DNA of 64,000 bases, taken from assembly GCA_045531575.1 (NCBI GenBank), contig JAZSEG010000316.1, positions 207 to 64,206 on the forward strand. Reading direction: 5' to 3'. This DNA comes from Oscillospiraceae bacterium. GTDB taxonomy: Bacteria; Bacillota; Clostridia; Oscillospirales; Ruminococcaceae. The position numbers and the translations under genes are program-made. Every line of letters begins with the position of its first letter. The stretch's first letter is position 1. Under the pieces are notes generated by a model. That model made no database searches, was not told the origin of the DNA, and worked only from the letters and a program-made list of their open reading frames with translations. Below are positions 18,070 through 27,787 of this stretch, piece by piece.

Positions 18070-20196
18070 TTAACCGATAAGTGTATTGGTGTCAATGATG
18101 AGCGAAATGCTGCCGTCACCCATGATGGTGCAGCCCGACAGGCCCTTGCTCTTGATATTGTATCTGGACAGATATTTCGGGAAGGGCTTAACAACTACCT
18201 GCTGCTCGCCGATGAGCTTATCCGCAAAGATGCACATGCTCTTGTTGTCGTTCTCCACAAGGAGCAGTATACCCTCAACAAGATCCGTCACCTCAGTTTC
18301 AATGCCGAATGCCTCATGCAGTCTCAGTATAGGATAGCATACACCGCGGATCATGATCATCTCGTTATTGTCTGTATCGCTCAGGAACTGGCTGGGATCA
18401 GCCTTGAAGCTCTCGCGGATAGTAGAGATCGGAACTGTGAATACCAGATCGCCGCAGGTGATCTCCATACCATCGATGATAGCCAGAGTAAGCGGGATCT
18501 TGATGATGAAGGAAGTACCATGACCCTTCTTACTGTCAACCACGATAGTACCGCCGCACTTCTCAACGTTAGCCTTTACAACGTCCATACCAACGCCTCT
18601 GCCACTGAACTCTGTAACCTGCTCATTGGTGGAGAAGCCGGGGAGAAGGATGAGATTCTGGATCTCCTTCTCGGAGTATTCGCTCTCAGGTTTTGTGAGG
18701 ATGCCCTGCTTTCTAGCCTTAGCCAAGATCTTTTCAGGATCGATGCCTGCACCGTCATCCTGTACAGTAATGATAACTTCACCCGAAGCATTCTGAGCAG
18801 AAAGCTTCAGAGTTCCCTTTTCAGGTTTGCCTGCATTGATTCGGTCCTGAACATTATCCTCAATACCATGATCCATGCAGTTTCTTACAAGATGCATCAG
18901 CGGATCCTGCAGGCTGTCAACGATGGACTTATCGATCTCGGTCTCTTCACCCTCGATGACGAACTCAACGTCCTTGCCCAGCTTCTTGCGCATATCACGA
19001 ACGATTCTGTTCATCTTCTGGAATACACCTGCAAGAGGTACCATTCGGATGGACATTACCGTATCCTGAAGCTCGCTTGTCAGCTTGCGAAGCTGTCTTG
19101 CAGCCTTGTTGAAGCTCTCAAGCTCCAGACCCTCAAGATCAGGGTTGGATACTACCATGGACTCGGTGGTAATGATCTCACCAACGATATCATGCAGAGC
19201 ATCAAGCTTTGCAAGGTTTACGCTGATAAGGTTCTGCTTCTGCATACCACTTGCAGCCTGTGCCTTTTCAACAGCCGCCTGTGCCTTTTCCGCAGCGGAA
19301 GGCTCCTTCTTCTCGGCGGGTGCCGCAGGAGCAGGTGCTGCAGCCGCAGCAGGTGCGGGTGCAGGGGCAGCAGAGGATGCAGCCTTAGGCTCAGGAGGAA
19401 GCTCCGCAGCAGGTGCGGCAGGAGCAGGAGCCGCAGCAGCCTGAACGATCTCATAGGACTGAACGTTCAGCGCATTCTCTATCTGTCTTAATACGAAATC
19501 AACATTATCGAGAGGCTTGAAGGTGATGAGGAAACCCTGCTCGATGATGACCTTGGAGGTCTCAGGATTTGTCTCCACGTCAGCGGGTGTGAAGTCAAGG
19601 TAATCACACTCATCCTTGATGGTGTTGATAAGCAGGAACGCGCGCAGATTCTCCATCTGGCAGCCATCCTCGAAGAATACCCTTACAGTAGTCTTGTCTG
19701 CATCAACACTGTTTACGGCAGCTGGAGCAGCTGATGCGCCGCCTGCAGCAACGGGAGCCTCATCATTAGTAGCCTCGCCGAGAAGAATATCTCTTCCCTT
19801 AAGGAGCTTGTTGATGAGATCGGTGAAGTCCATGCTCTCGTACTCGCCGTCATTATGATTCTGGATAGCCTCGATCTGAGCCTTGTAGGAGTCAGATACC
19901 TGGAATACCAGATCATAAACAAAGCTTACATCTGTGATGACATCAGGATTCTCTCTGATAACAAAGAACATATCCTCTGCCTTATGAGCAAGCACCGACA
20001 GATTTTCAAAGCCCATCATTGCGGAAGATCCCTTAATGGTGTGCATGATACGGAAAATCTCCTTGATGTCCTCGTTGTCAAAAACGTTCGCCTGCTCTGT
20101 TCTGAGCAGGATCTCATCAAGCTGCTCAAGAAGTGAGTTGGTCTCAAAGAAGTACATGTCAAGCATAGCTTCCATGCCGGGTTCGATTCTTGCCAT
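18070..20196 (-). CDS. cheA: Chemotaxis histidine kinase
   Basis: HTIKGSS Hpt, P2 domain, HLVRNCMDHGIE, DDGAGID, GFST, SGRGVGMDVVK and a C-terminal CheW domain. Start at ATG 20196 after an AAGGA RBS. Confidence 0.97.
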   Translation of the reverse strand: MARIEPGMEAMLDMYFFETNSLLEQLDEILLRTEQANVFDNEDIKEIFRIMHTIKGSSAMMGFENLSVLAHKAEDMFFVIRENPDVITDVSFVYDLVFQVSDSYKAQIEAIQNHNDGEYESMDFTDLINKLLKGRDILLGEATNDEAPVAAGGASAAPAAVNSVDADKTTVRVFFEDGCQMENLRAFLLINTIKDECDYLDFTPADVETNPETSKVIIEQGFLITFKPLDNVDFVLRQIENALNVQSYEIVQAAAAPAPAAPAAELPPEPKAASSAAPAPAPAAAAAPAPAAPAEKKEPSAAEKAQAAVEKAQAASGMQKQNLISVNLAKLDALHDIVGEIITTESMVVSNPDLEGLELESFNKAARQLRKLTSELQDTVMSIRMVPLAGVFQKMNRIVRDMRKKLGKDVEFVIEGEETEIDKSIVDSLQDPLMHLVRNCMDHGIEDNVQDRINAGKPEKGTLKLSAQNASGEVIITVQDDGAGIDPEKILAKARKQGILTKPESEYSEKEIQNLILLPGFSTNEQVTEFSGRGVGMDVVKANVEKCGGTIVVDSKKGHGTSFIIKIPLTLAIIDGMEITCGDLVFTVPISTIRESFKADPSQFLSDTDNNEMIMIRGVCYPILRLHEAFGIETEVTDLVEGILLLVENDNKSMCIFADKLIGEQQVVVKPFPKYLSRYNIKSKGLSGCTIMGDGSISLIIDTNTLIG

Positions 20197-20333
20197 AATA
20201 ACAGTCCTTTCCGAGTGCATTTCTGCACAAATTCCATTATTTTATTTTGCTATGAAAAAAATTTTTGTAAAACACTTTAATATTCTGAGGATTTATGTTA
20301 CAATATTAGCAGACACCACTTGAAAAGGAGTGA

Positions 20334-22340
20334 ATGCCAATGGCACAGATCCCGCAGATCAATAATCCGATCACCGCCAAGAATTACAATTACAGCTCCC
20401 GTCCGATGGACGCCAATACCGAACCGTTCGATATCGTCCGACTGACCGGTGTGGGCGGTGCCGGAACCGGTTCCAACGCAGGCGCTCGCTCCCGCCTCGA
20501 AATGGGCAACCGTGAGCTGATCCCGCTTTCAGTGCAGGTAGCCAAGGATCCTACACTTGCAGTGGAGACCCTGAAGGATCTGCTGAATGTGGAGGTTCTC
20601 AATCAGGCGCTGATAACAGGCCATACCGAGCTTTACGGAAAGCTGGAGGATCTCGCAAGAGACCTCTATGTTACCCCCGAGGAGCTCGTGGATGAGATCT
20701 GTAATCAGGAACAGCAGAACACGATGTTCAGCGGCCATGAGTTCTACGATGTACTCCGTGATGTTGCCAAGACCACTACAGACCCGACGACCAAGGAGAT
20801 CATCGGCAACCTGCTGAAATCTCTGAACTTCGCGCAGAACAAGAACGAGATACTCGGTGCGCTCCGTGCGAACATGAAGTTCCTTTCGGAATACTTCTCG
20901 CCGAACGAGAAGCTTTCCACTAAGCTCATGAACCTTTCACAGCAGTGGGGAGCAGAGGATGCTGACAAGTTCTTCGAATATCTCAAGGGTGAGACTCTTT
21001 CGATACTGAAGGATGTTAGCGGAAGTCTCCTGAATGATGATAAGACTCAGATGCTGATACCTCTTATTATCCATAATCTTTCGAGGTACAACAACAGCCC
21101 GTACATGTGCAAGGAATACTTCAATCTGCTGCTTTCACAGACCGCTTCGGGAACGCTGAGAGAATCGCTGAAGAACTCCTTCAACAGACTTTACTCCGCA
21201 TTGTTCGGAAAACAGGATGTAAAACAACCTAACGGCGAAACACATCACGATCATAGCGAAACTCATTTTAATCATAGTGAAACGCCTTTAGATAATTATA
21301 CTACAAATCTTCCACAAAATCAACCTCTTTCGGGCAATTCAACCAGTAAAAATTTAAATAAAATGGCCCCTGAGAACGAGAATCAGCAGATTGTTGAAAC
21401 AGAGGGAGAAGAATTTGTAGAAAATAACGAAGAAGATTTCACTGAAGAGCTGACAGGCTACAGAAAATTCCTCTTCGACAGCATGAGCGAGAAGAGTTTT
21501 ATGCCGCTTCTGAAGCACAGCGGCTATAATATCGAGCATCTGATGGCTGCTTATGCCCGTGGAAAGACCACGGGAATGGAAACTCTCGAAAAAATGGTGC
21601 AAGGTCTGTTCGTTCACGACGAGACAGGCGAGCAGTTTGAAGCGTTCATGCAGGATTTCTCCAAGATACATACCGTGCAGGAAGCGATCGACAAGCTGAA
21701 CGAATTGCTGCGCTCCATGCCTGACATTCCTGTAAGAGAACGCCTGTACGGTGCCTTTGTTGATGTCATCGAGCAGATGGCAGTGAAAAATGAGCTGCCA
21801 CAGCATGGTGTACGTCCGCCTGTAAGCTCCACACTGGACTGCCTGACGGAATTCATCGAGGAGAACATCAACCATCCCGCACTGAAATCACTTGACAGCT
21901 TCAATGCCACAAATCTTCTGCAGAGCCTGCTTAACGCTCCCGGTGTTTTCACACCGCTGGCACATTATATCCTGCCGCTGGACGTGGACGGCACCAAGGC
22001 GTTTGGCGAACTGTGGGTTGATAACGACGAAAACAATCCAAACAATACTCCCGGAACACAGCGAAACTACCACCTGTTCCTGACTTTCGATGTGGAGAGT
22101 ATCGGCAGATTCGAGCTGGATATGTACGCTCTCGGCGAGGATGTGAATCTAGCAATGCTGTATCCGCCCAGATTCGAAAAGCAGATAGATCCGATGAAGG
22201 ACCGTATAAATAAAATCATCCGTAACATCGGCTACAACACACGCACCTTTGAGACTGCACCGCTGAAAACGCCACATAACCTTACCGAGATCTTCCCTAA
22301 GATACTTGATAAACGTACCACCCTCAACACCAGAGTTTAA
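20334..22340 (+). CDS. Large FliK-C-like / YlqG-like protein
   Basis: The C-terminal YILPL..GELWVD...LFLTFDVESIGRFEL...LNTRV resembles the hook-length-control C-domain. It sits directly upstream of an FlhB-C-like gene. Confidence 0.55.
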   Translation: MPMAQIPQINNPITAKNYNYSSRPMDANTEPFDIVRLTGVGGAGTGSNAGARSRLEMGNRELIPLSVQVAKDPTLAVETLKDLLNVEVLNQALITGHTELYGKLEDLARDLYVTPEELVDEICNQEQQNTMFSGHEFYDVLRDVAKTTTDPTTKEIIGNLLKSLNFAQNKNEILGALRANMKFLSEYFSPNEKLSTKLMNLSQQWGAEDADKFFEYLKGETLSILKDVSGSLLNDDKTQMLIPLIIHNLSRYNNSPYMCKEYFNLLLSQTASGTLRESLKNSFNRLYSALFGKQDVKQPNGETHHDHSETHFNHSETPLDNYTTNLPQNQPLSGNSTSKNLNKMAPENENQQIVETEGEEFVENNEEDFTEELTGYRKFLFDSMSEKSFMPLLKHSGYNIEHLMAAYARGKTTGMETLEKMVQGLFVHDETGEQFEAFMQDFSKIHTVQEAIDKLNELLRSMPDIPVRERLYGAFVDVIEQMAVKNELPQHGVRPPVSSTLDCLTEFIEENINHPALKSLDSFNATNLLQSLLNAPGVFTPLAHYILPLDVDGTKAFGELWVDNDENNPNNTPGTQRNYHLFLTFDVESIGRFELDMYALGEDVNLAMLYPPRFEKQIDPMKDRINKIIRNIGYNTRTFETAPLKTPHNLTEIFPKILDKRTTLNTRV

Positions 22341-22352
22341 GGAGGATGAAAT

Positions 22353-22664
22353 ATGCAGAGCAAACACCCCAAGCCGCCCGCAAACAATAAACGCATCTAT
22401 GGACAGAATGCGGCGGTAGCGCTGAAATACAATCCTGATATGAACTATGCTCCCGTTGTTGTTGCTTCGGGTCTGGGCGAGCTTGCCCAGCGCATTGTAA
22501 ATATCGCAGACGAATCGGGCGTGCCGATATACCGTGACGACAGCGTTGCCGCACTGCTTGTAATGCTCAATGCAGGCGAGACCATCCCGAAGGAGCTTTA
22601 TCAGATCGTCGCTTCGATCTATGCAGAAGTGGTATACACCGCCAATGATATGAGAAAAAAATAA
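22353..22664 (+). CDS. EscU/YscU/FlhB C-terminal-like export switch protein (YlqH/FlhX type)
   Basis: AVALKY...APVVVASG.GELA..I...A...GVPI and IPKELYQIVA motifs. Confidence 0.9.
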   Translation: MQSKHPKPPANNKRIYGQNAAVALKYNPDMNYAPVVVASGLGELAQRIVNIADESGVPIYRDDSVAALLVMLNAGETIPKELYQIVASIYAEVVYTANDMRKK

Positions 22665-22700
22665 CTTGTATCATCATTGTATTTTTGCAGAAAATATTAT

Positions 22701-22734
22701 AGACCGCTGTGACTGGTCACGGCGGTCTTTTTTA
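22701..22734 (+). terminator. Terminator after the FlhB-C-like gene
   Basis: AGACCGCTGTGAC..GTCACGGCGGTCT followed by a T tract. Confidence 0.75.
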
Positions 22735-22771
22735 TCGATTTCCGACAAAATATGAGAAAGGATGATGTATT

Positions 22772-22933
22772 ATGTACTCTCAGCCTTCCCCAGAAAAGAT
22801 ACGACGGATAAACAAGCGGCTTGAGGGCTTCATGTCTACAATGGCATCTCCCGAAACCGACCCACAGGGAATGTATACTGGCGTACCTGAGGATCCCTAC
22901 GAGGTACCGGTTCAGGACGCTGACGACCTGTAA
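22772..22933 (+). CDS. Small acidic hypothetical protein (53 aa)
   Basis: Not in the ORF track. MYSQPSPEKIRRINKRLEGFMSTMASPETDPQGMYTGVPEDPYEVPVQDADDL; GAAAGGA RBS; flanked by terminators on both sides. Confidence 0.75.
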   Translation: MYSQPSPEKIRRINKRLEGFMSTMASPETDPQGMYTGVPEDPYEVPVQDADDL

Positions 22934-22939
22934 AAGCAC

Positions 22940-22970
22940 AAAAAACGGCGGAGCAAGCTCCGCCGTTTTT
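22940..22970. terminator. Bidirectional terminator
   Basis: AAAAACGGCGGAGC-AA-GCTCCGCCGTTTTT perfect inverted repeat. Confidence 0.8.
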
Positions 22971-22971
22971 C

Positions 22972-23682
22972 TTATCTGCCCAAAATATCCTTTACTATTT
23001 CCGAGGCAATTATCAAACCCGCTGTTCCGGGAACGAAAACCGCACTTGCAGGAATACTCCTGCGGTGAGCATTCTCCTCCTCGGACGCCAGTGCCTTTAT
23101 CGGCTCCTCTTTGGAATAGACCACTTTCAGCTTCTTCACGCCACGCTTTTTCAGCTCCTGACGCATTACTCTTGCGAGAGGGCAGACGGAGGTCTTGTAA
23201 ATATCGGATACCTCCAGCATAGCAGGGCAGAGCTTGTTGCCCGTACCCATGGAGCTGATTATCGGTGTACCCTCACGCTGTGACTTCATAACAAGCTCGA
23301 TCTTCGCAGTAACAGTATCCACTGCATCTGCCACATAATCGTACTGTGTGAAGTCGAATTCACCCGAATTTTCAGGCAGGAAAAAGCAATCATACACCAC
23401 AACATCGCACTCGGGATTTATCTGCAGAATACGCTGCTTCATAGCCTCGGCTTTTGGCTGACCCACTGTTTCGGTGAGCGCCTCAAGCTGTCGGTTGAGA
23501 TTTGTGATATCCACATCATCACTGTCGATAAGATGAATATGCCCAACTCCGCTGCGCGCCAGACCCTCTGCGATATAGCTGCCTACACCGCCTACACCGA
23601 ACACTGCAACGCAGGAGTTTCTAAGCCGTTCCATTCCGTCAACGCCAAAGATGCGTTCTGTTCTGGAAAACCTCTGATCCAT
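22972..23682 (-). CDS. tcdA: tRNA threonylcarbamoyladenosine dehydratase (ThiF family)
   Basis: GVGGVGS, TNLNRQ, ISSMGTGNK, CPLARVMR and VVYSKE motifs. Confidence 0.92.
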   Translation of the reverse strand: MDQRFSRTERIFGVDGMERLRNSCVAVFGVGGVGSYIAEGLARSGVGHIHLIDSDDVDITNLNRQLEALTETVGQPKAEAMKQRILQINPECDVVVYDCFFLPENSGEFDFTQYDYVADAVDTVTAKIELVMKSQREGTPIISSMGTGNKLCPAMLEVSDIYKTSVCPLARVMRQELKKRGVKKLKVVYSKEEPIKALASEEENAHRRSIPASAVFVPGTAGLIIASEIVKDILGR

Positions 23683-23683
23683 A

Positions 23684-25633
23684 TCAGCCCTCCGACTTTA
23701 CAGGCTTTACATGATATCTGTCCGCCTTGACTCCGTCGATAGCGTTGATGAAATCTGTGAATCTGGCAAAGCCGTAATTTCTGAAATCAAAGCCCTCGAA
23801 GCGCTTCTTCAGCTGCATTCCCAGCGACCTTATGCTGCGGCTGCCACTGCCGTTTGCGAAGTCCTTTACAAACTGCTCGATCTCCTCAGTTTGCTGTGCA
23901 AACGATTCATCAATATAAAGCTTGTTGGACTTTATCACGATTCCCGTCATTTCCTCTGCGAGCTTTCTTACAGATGTATAGCCCATTTCCTTCAGGAAGG
24001 TCTTGCCGTACTTCTCCCCAAACATCTTTCCGAGTGCGGATATTCCTGCACCCTTTTCCGCATTCGCCACAAAATTCAGCACATCACGGCGCACGGAATT
24101 CATATCAGGCTTATTCTCTGTCTCGGGCTTTGCGGTATTCTCCGGCTGCTCATCAACGGATATCTCCACGGTTTCAACCGTTTCAGCAGGGATCTCCACC
24201 TCTGTGTTGGAATCTGCTTCAGGCTGTGGTGCGGAAGTCTCCGTAATCTCCTTTTCAGGTTCATCCTCACGGACGATTGCAAGATAGATACGGTTTCTCT
24301 TGACGCTTACTCCGCCTATTGCTGCAAGCATGGACTTGTAATCTCCGAAGCCCAGTTCTGCACAATAATTCTTGCCAAAGCGGTTCATCAGTTCGTTGTT
24401 GAGCTGGCCGATATTGCCGCCAGCAGGCATATTATCAGCCGCATAGTTTTTTATCTGTTCGGTAGCCTTTTCAATAGTGATCTCTTCATACACCACTGCA
24501 GGCTCGTCCGTCTTTACAAAAATCAGGTTGTTATCCACGGTGATCTCATTCAGTGATGCAAGCGCTGAATGGAAATCATTGAAGCCTATGCTTCGATAAT
24601 AATTCTTGCCAAACTTACCGATGAGATAATTGTTCAACTGTCCTGCATTTCCGCCTTTGGGAGAATTCTCCACTGCATAGGCAATAGCCTCTCTTGCAAA
24701 GACCTCAGCGGTAAGCTTCTCGCCGACAGGCACCTCGACAGGCTCAACGAGCGTTCCTGTGCGCTTCAGACCCCGCTGACGATCGATAAACTTTGCAAAC
24801 CTCTTGGAACCGAAGCGGGAGAAATCAATCTTTCCGAAACGGCTGTTGAGATAGCTCTCTATCTTCATCATGTTGTCGTTCTGCGGAGCGTACTCCTCGA
24901 AATACTGACCGATTGCCGCTACGATCTCAGCCTCTGTTACGTCGCTTGCCTTAACCTCAGGAGCAGGAGCAGGAGCCTTTTTCTTCTTCATCGAAACAAA
25001 GGTGTTACTTCTTCTCAGCTCGGGGAAGCTGTCGATGAATGAAGAGAAGCGCTTGTAGCCAAGCTCATCGAAATTTATATTACCAAATCTTGATGTCAGC
25101 ACCGCGCTTACCTTTGCAAGGTCTATGCGCTCGCCCTCATGCTCCGCAACATAATCAATGACAGCCTTGCGGACTTCCTTCTCATCAAAGGTAGCCTCTG
25201 CAACGCACATTCTGTCAAGATAGCAGAAATGGTGGCAGCTTGTAGTGAATGCACGGGGAGTTTTCACCTCTCCGATGCCTACTACGAGCTTTCCCGCCTC
25301 ACGCAGGCGAATTGCAAGACGAGTAAAATCACTGTCGCTGGTAACAAGGCAGAAGCCATCTACATTACCTGTATAAAGTATATCCATCGCATCGATTATC
25401 ATGGAGAAATCCGTGGCGTTCTTTCCTGCGACATAGCAGGTCTGCTGAACAGGCATAATGGAATAATTGATGGCCGCATTGTGCCAGCCGTTTCCGCCCT
25501 GCTCCCAGTCGCCATAAACACGCTTGTAAGTGGGAATTCCGTATTTCTCCACCTCCTGCATGATAAACTGCGCATGCTTCGGTGATACATTATCGCTGTC
25601 GATCAGTACAGCTAGTTTCATCTGATTGAACAT
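23684..25633 (-). CDS. NYN (LabA/DUF88) nuclease domain plus six LOTUS/OST-HTH repeats
   Basis: IDSDN, RVYGDW, GKNATD..MIIDAMD and VTSDSDF..L...LRE.GK NYN motifs; six repeats ending in an F/Y...GY/F..F..F helix pattern. Confidence 0.85.
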   Translation of the reverse strand: MFNQMKLAVLIDSDNVSPKHAQFIMQEVEKYGIPTYKRVYGDWEQGGNGWHNAAINYSIMPVQQTCYVAGKNATDFSMIIDAMDILYTGNVDGFCLVTSDSDFTRLAIRLREAGKLVVGIGEVKTPRAFTTSCHHFCYLDRMCVAEATFDEKEVRKAVIDYVAEHEGERIDLAKVSAVLTSRFGNINFDELGYKRFSSFIDSFPELRRSNTFVSMKKKKAPAPAPEVKASDVTEAEIVAAIGQYFEEYAPQNDNMMKIESYLNSRFGKIDFSRFGSKRFAKFIDRQRGLKRTGTLVEPVEVPVGEKLTAEVFAREAIAYAVENSPKGGNAGQLNNYLIGKFGKNYYRSIGFNDFHSALASLNEITVDNNLIFVKTDEPAVVYEEITIEKATEQIKNYAADNMPAGGNIGQLNNELMNRFGKNYCAELGFGDYKSMLAAIGGVSVKRNRIYLAIVREDEPEKEITETSAPQPEADSNTEVEIPAETVETVEISVDEQPENTAKPETENKPDMNSVRRDVLNFVANAEKGAGISALGKMFGEKYGKTFLKEMGYTSVRKLAEEMTGIVIKSNKLYIDESFAQQTEEIEQFVKDFANGSGSRSIRSLGMQLKKRFEGFDFRNYGFARFTDFINAIDGVKADRYHVKPVKSEG

Positions 25634-25644
25634 ATTGACCTCTT

Positions 25645-26472
25645 TTATATCGCTACAGGGATCTTATCGGTGAACTCGTGATACTGATAATCCACTGCCG
25701 TAAAGCTGTTCTTGGTAAATTTATAGAAATCCGTGATATCCTCGACCTGCATTTCAGGGGCAGGGAAGGGCTTCTTTTCGATAAGTCTCTTCACCGCGTC
25801 GATATGACGGTCATAGATATGCGCATCTGCTATAACATGAACAAACTCACCCGGCACCAGTCCGCTTGCCTTTGCAAACATCGTGAGCAATGCGGCATAC
25901 TGGCAGACATTCCAGTTGTTTGCCGTAAGCATATCCTGCGAACGCTGATTGAGCAGACCATTCAGTTTGTTGCCGCTTACATTGAAGGTCATGGAATAAG
26001 CACAGGGGGCAAGCTGCATCTCATGCAGGTCCGCATGATTATAGAGATTTGTCATGATACGGCGGCTGGCAGGGTTGTTCTTCAGATCGAACAGGACTCT
26101 GTCCACCTGATCGAAATCGCCCTCTTTATAGTGATGCTTCACACCCAGCTGATAACCATACGCTTTACCTATGGTTCCGTTCTCATCTGCCCATGCATCC
26201 CATACATGGGAGCCAAGCTCTGCAATACGGTTGGATTTCTTCTGATATATCCAGAGTATCTCATCAATAGCAGAGCGATAGTATATTCTGCGCAGCGTCA
26301 TGATCGGAAATTCCTTCTGAAGATCATAACGGTTCACAACACAGAATTTCTTGATCGTATGGGCAGGAGTTCCATCCTCCCAGCGGGGGCGTACCTGCTC
26401 ATCCTCATCGGAAATGCCGTTTTCTATGATATCACGGCAATTCTGAATAAACAGCTCATCTGCAAGGCTCAT
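25645..26472 (-). CDS. thyA: Thymidylate synthase
   Basis: SRRIM, LAPC, NQRSQD and DAHIYDRH motifs; start reassigned to ATG 26472 (GGAGG RBS). Confidence 0.96.
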   Translation of the reverse strand: MSLADELFIQNCRDIIENGISDEDEQVRPRWEDGTPAHTIKKFCVVNRYDLQKEFPIMTLRRIYYRSAIDEILWIYQKKSNRIAELGSHVWDAWADENGTIGKAYGYQLGVKHHYKEGDFDQVDRVLFDLKNNPASRRIMTNLYNHADLHEMQLAPCAYSMTFNVSGNKLNGLLNQRSQDMLTANNWNVCQYAALLTMFAKASGLVPGEFVHVIADAHIYDRHIDAVKRLIEKKPFPAPEMQVEDITDFYKFTKNSFTAVDYQYHEFTDKIPVAI

Positions 26473-26560
26473 GATTTTTCCTCCTAACCCAAAAGGCGGA
26501 ACATTGCATACCTTCCTCAGAAAATGGAGAGGCTGCCTTTCTTCCGCCCTTGTAATATTT

Positions 26561-27757
26561 TTAGATCTTGTTAAAGATAGAGGATGCTGTAAAATCAATA
26601 TCCTCATATTTTGACTTTTCAAACATGGAAAGACCTGTTGTCTCGCACATGCTGTATACCTTGATGTTATTACCGTCAGCATAAGCACGAACACGATCAA
26701 GCACGCTCTTAGCCTTGTCAGGGAAACCTGCGATCTCACCTTCGGCGAGCTTTCTTCCAATGCCGTCTTCGTCTATATTAAGATCATACAATCCATCAAA
26801 GCCGTACAGATATATCTCTGTGAAGCCCATATAAATTGCCAACTGGATCATCTCATAAAGAGGCAGGATCACCGCTGTCTCATAAAGACTGTCGGAAGTC
26901 TCAAATGTAGGCAGACCGTCGATCAGACCCTTACCGAGAGGATTGATGTAAGTAGGCTTTTTCTTGAACTTATCCTCAAATACCTTTACATCGGCATTCA
27001 CAAAGCACTCCATGCCCTCGATATACTTACCGTTACCGAGATAGGACTTTGCTTCAGTCAGCAGATAGTAAGAGGGACGCTGAGGAGTTCTGGAGAAGAA
27101 ATCACAGAAATCATCACAAGCAAGAGTACGCTCGTTCATGATAACATTAAGCTCATCTAACTTGGAAGATGTATTTCCGAGAATAAAGCAGCGCTGACCC
27201 TTCATCTTATCCTTATATGCTGCCATCTGGGAAGCGGTAGCCGCTTCCATGCCGCTGTATCTCTTTGAGTCAGCCGCAATAGCAGAGCTGATCTTTTTGT
27301 TTGCCATATTGAAGCCAAATCCCGTAGGCTCGTTCATTTCGCAGAAGTCACGCTCGGTATAGCCGCATACAGACTTCAGCGCCGCCGCAACACTGGCAGA
27401 GGTACCCAATACCTTATCCATAGCAGCAAGCTGTATCTCCGCACTATAGTAAGGTGCAAGGATAAGCACATAGAAAGAAGATGCCTTGCCCTTAAGCTCA
27501 TCAATGAATCTGATGCTGCCATCTTCAAGAGCCTTATCCTCTTCAGTTGTAACTCTGTATGCAATTTCGGGAACACGGACATTCTTCTTACGCAGTGCAT
27601 CGATGGTTTCATTAAGCACCGCAATATCCTCATCACCGCCGATAACTACCAGCTTTCTCTGGCCGATGATCTCTATATTTTTTACGAGATAGTTTTTATA
27701 GGCGCCACTCTTTCCACTGCGGATCTTTGCATCGTGCAGATATGTTGAGTAATCCAT
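26561..27757 (-). CDS. DUF115/MptE-like (Maf-type glycosyltransferase-like) protein, degenerate
   Basis: KGQRCFILGN and QLAIYMGFTEIYLYGFD motifs; the usual GNGPS is replaced by GNTSS. Confidence 0.6.
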   Translation of the reverse strand: MDYSTYLHDAKIRSGKSGAYKNYLVKNIEIIGQRKLVVIGGDEDIAVLNETIDALRKKNVRVPEIAYRVTTEEDKALEDGSIRFIDELKGKASSFYVLILAPYYSAEIQLAAMDKVLGTSASVAAALKSVCGYTERDFCEMNEPTGFGFNMANKKISSAIAADSKRYSGMEAATASQMAAYKDKMKGQRCFILGNTSSKLDELNVIMNERTLACDDFCDFFSRTPQRPSYYLLTEAKSYLGNGKYIEGMECFVNADVKVFEDKFKKKPTYINPLGKGLIDGLPTFETSDSLYETAVILPLYEMIQLAIYMGFTEIYLYGFDGLYDLNIDEDGIGRKLAEGEIAGFPDKAKSVLDRVRAYADGNNIKVYSMCETTGLSMFEKSKYEDIDFTASSIFNKI

Positions 27758-27787
27758 TTCTTTCCCTCACTTTCGTTTCCTGTACTA

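Noticed and set aside
19260-19440. GC-rich repetitive tract in cheA
   Set aside because: It encodes an ordinary Pro/Ala-rich interdomain linker.
10409-19491. Long antisense ORFs (10409-11944, 12758-14248, 17686-19491)
   Set aside because: They are shadows of secDF, thrS and cheA/cheW caused by biased codon usage. They have no recognisable motifs or RBS and an odd amino-acid composition.
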